Shown here: piece by piece, positions 63,969 to 64,000 of the stretch | Layout of the letters: each line of letters begins with the position of its first letter | Numbering within the stretch: the first letter of the stretch is position 1 | Position numbers and translations under genes: made by a program | Assembly: GCA_963741385.1 (NCBI GenBank) | Contig: CAVUHO010000010.1 | Coordinates: 1,639,720 to 1,703,719 of the forward strand | Direction: 5' to 3' | Length of the DNA stretch: 64,000 nucleotides | Origin: Candidatus Sulfomarinibacteraceae bacterium | GTDB lineage: Bacteria; Acidobacteriota; Thermoanaerobaculia; Thermoanaerobaculales; Sulfomarinibacteraceae | Notes under the pieces: model-generated | Database searches by the model: none | What the model was told of the DNA's origin: nothing | Seen by the model: the letters and a program-made list of their open reading frames with translations, nothing else

Positions 63969-64000
63969 TGGTCTGAATTGTCAGGAAACAGGCGATCAGT

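Overview
GC-rich bacterial chromosomal window, densely coding, with about 45 supportable CDSs. LpxC, RND efflux genes and lipoprotein signals point to a diderm cell envelope. I saw no rRNA, tRNA, CRISPR array, transposase, integrase or phage gene.

Left to right the window holds:
- a sortase with an LPKTAS-tailed substrate, a CPBP protease and an M23 peptidase
- a REC-PAS-histidine kinase next to a REC-PAS-GGDEF-EAL protein
- an orphan AmmeMemoRadiSam-type radical SAM enzyme and a fumarylacetoacetase
- a C45 Ntn-hydrolase followed by an M1-peptidase-like tail
- a two-domain 'eukaryotic-type' PFK
- a HAD / HMT-MTHFR / MetH methionine-cycle block
- a receiver-LpxC fusion and a tricorn-like protease
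- a rubredoxin / GltS-like / rubrerythrin operon
- TypA, then a DHH-CBS-CCA-enzyme / RsmD operon
- an ~18 kb co-directional minus-strand block: MFP, two RND pumps, four tandem gamma-glutamyltransferase paralogs, a zinc-ribbon pseudo-protease and AlaX

Most worth a second look:
1. The REC-LpxC fusion, which implies phospho-control of lipid A synthesis.
2. The RND plus 4xGGT block as a possible export/processing system.
3. A very dense intergenic mosaic repeat family built from 7-bp AT-rich arrays plus GC-rich palindromes. It fills almost every intergenic gap and has apparently rewritten several gene 3' ends.

Several apparent frameshifts or read-throughs suggest either assembly errors or real pseudogenisation. 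All calls come from reading the translated ORFs and the raw sequence by eye. No database search was run.
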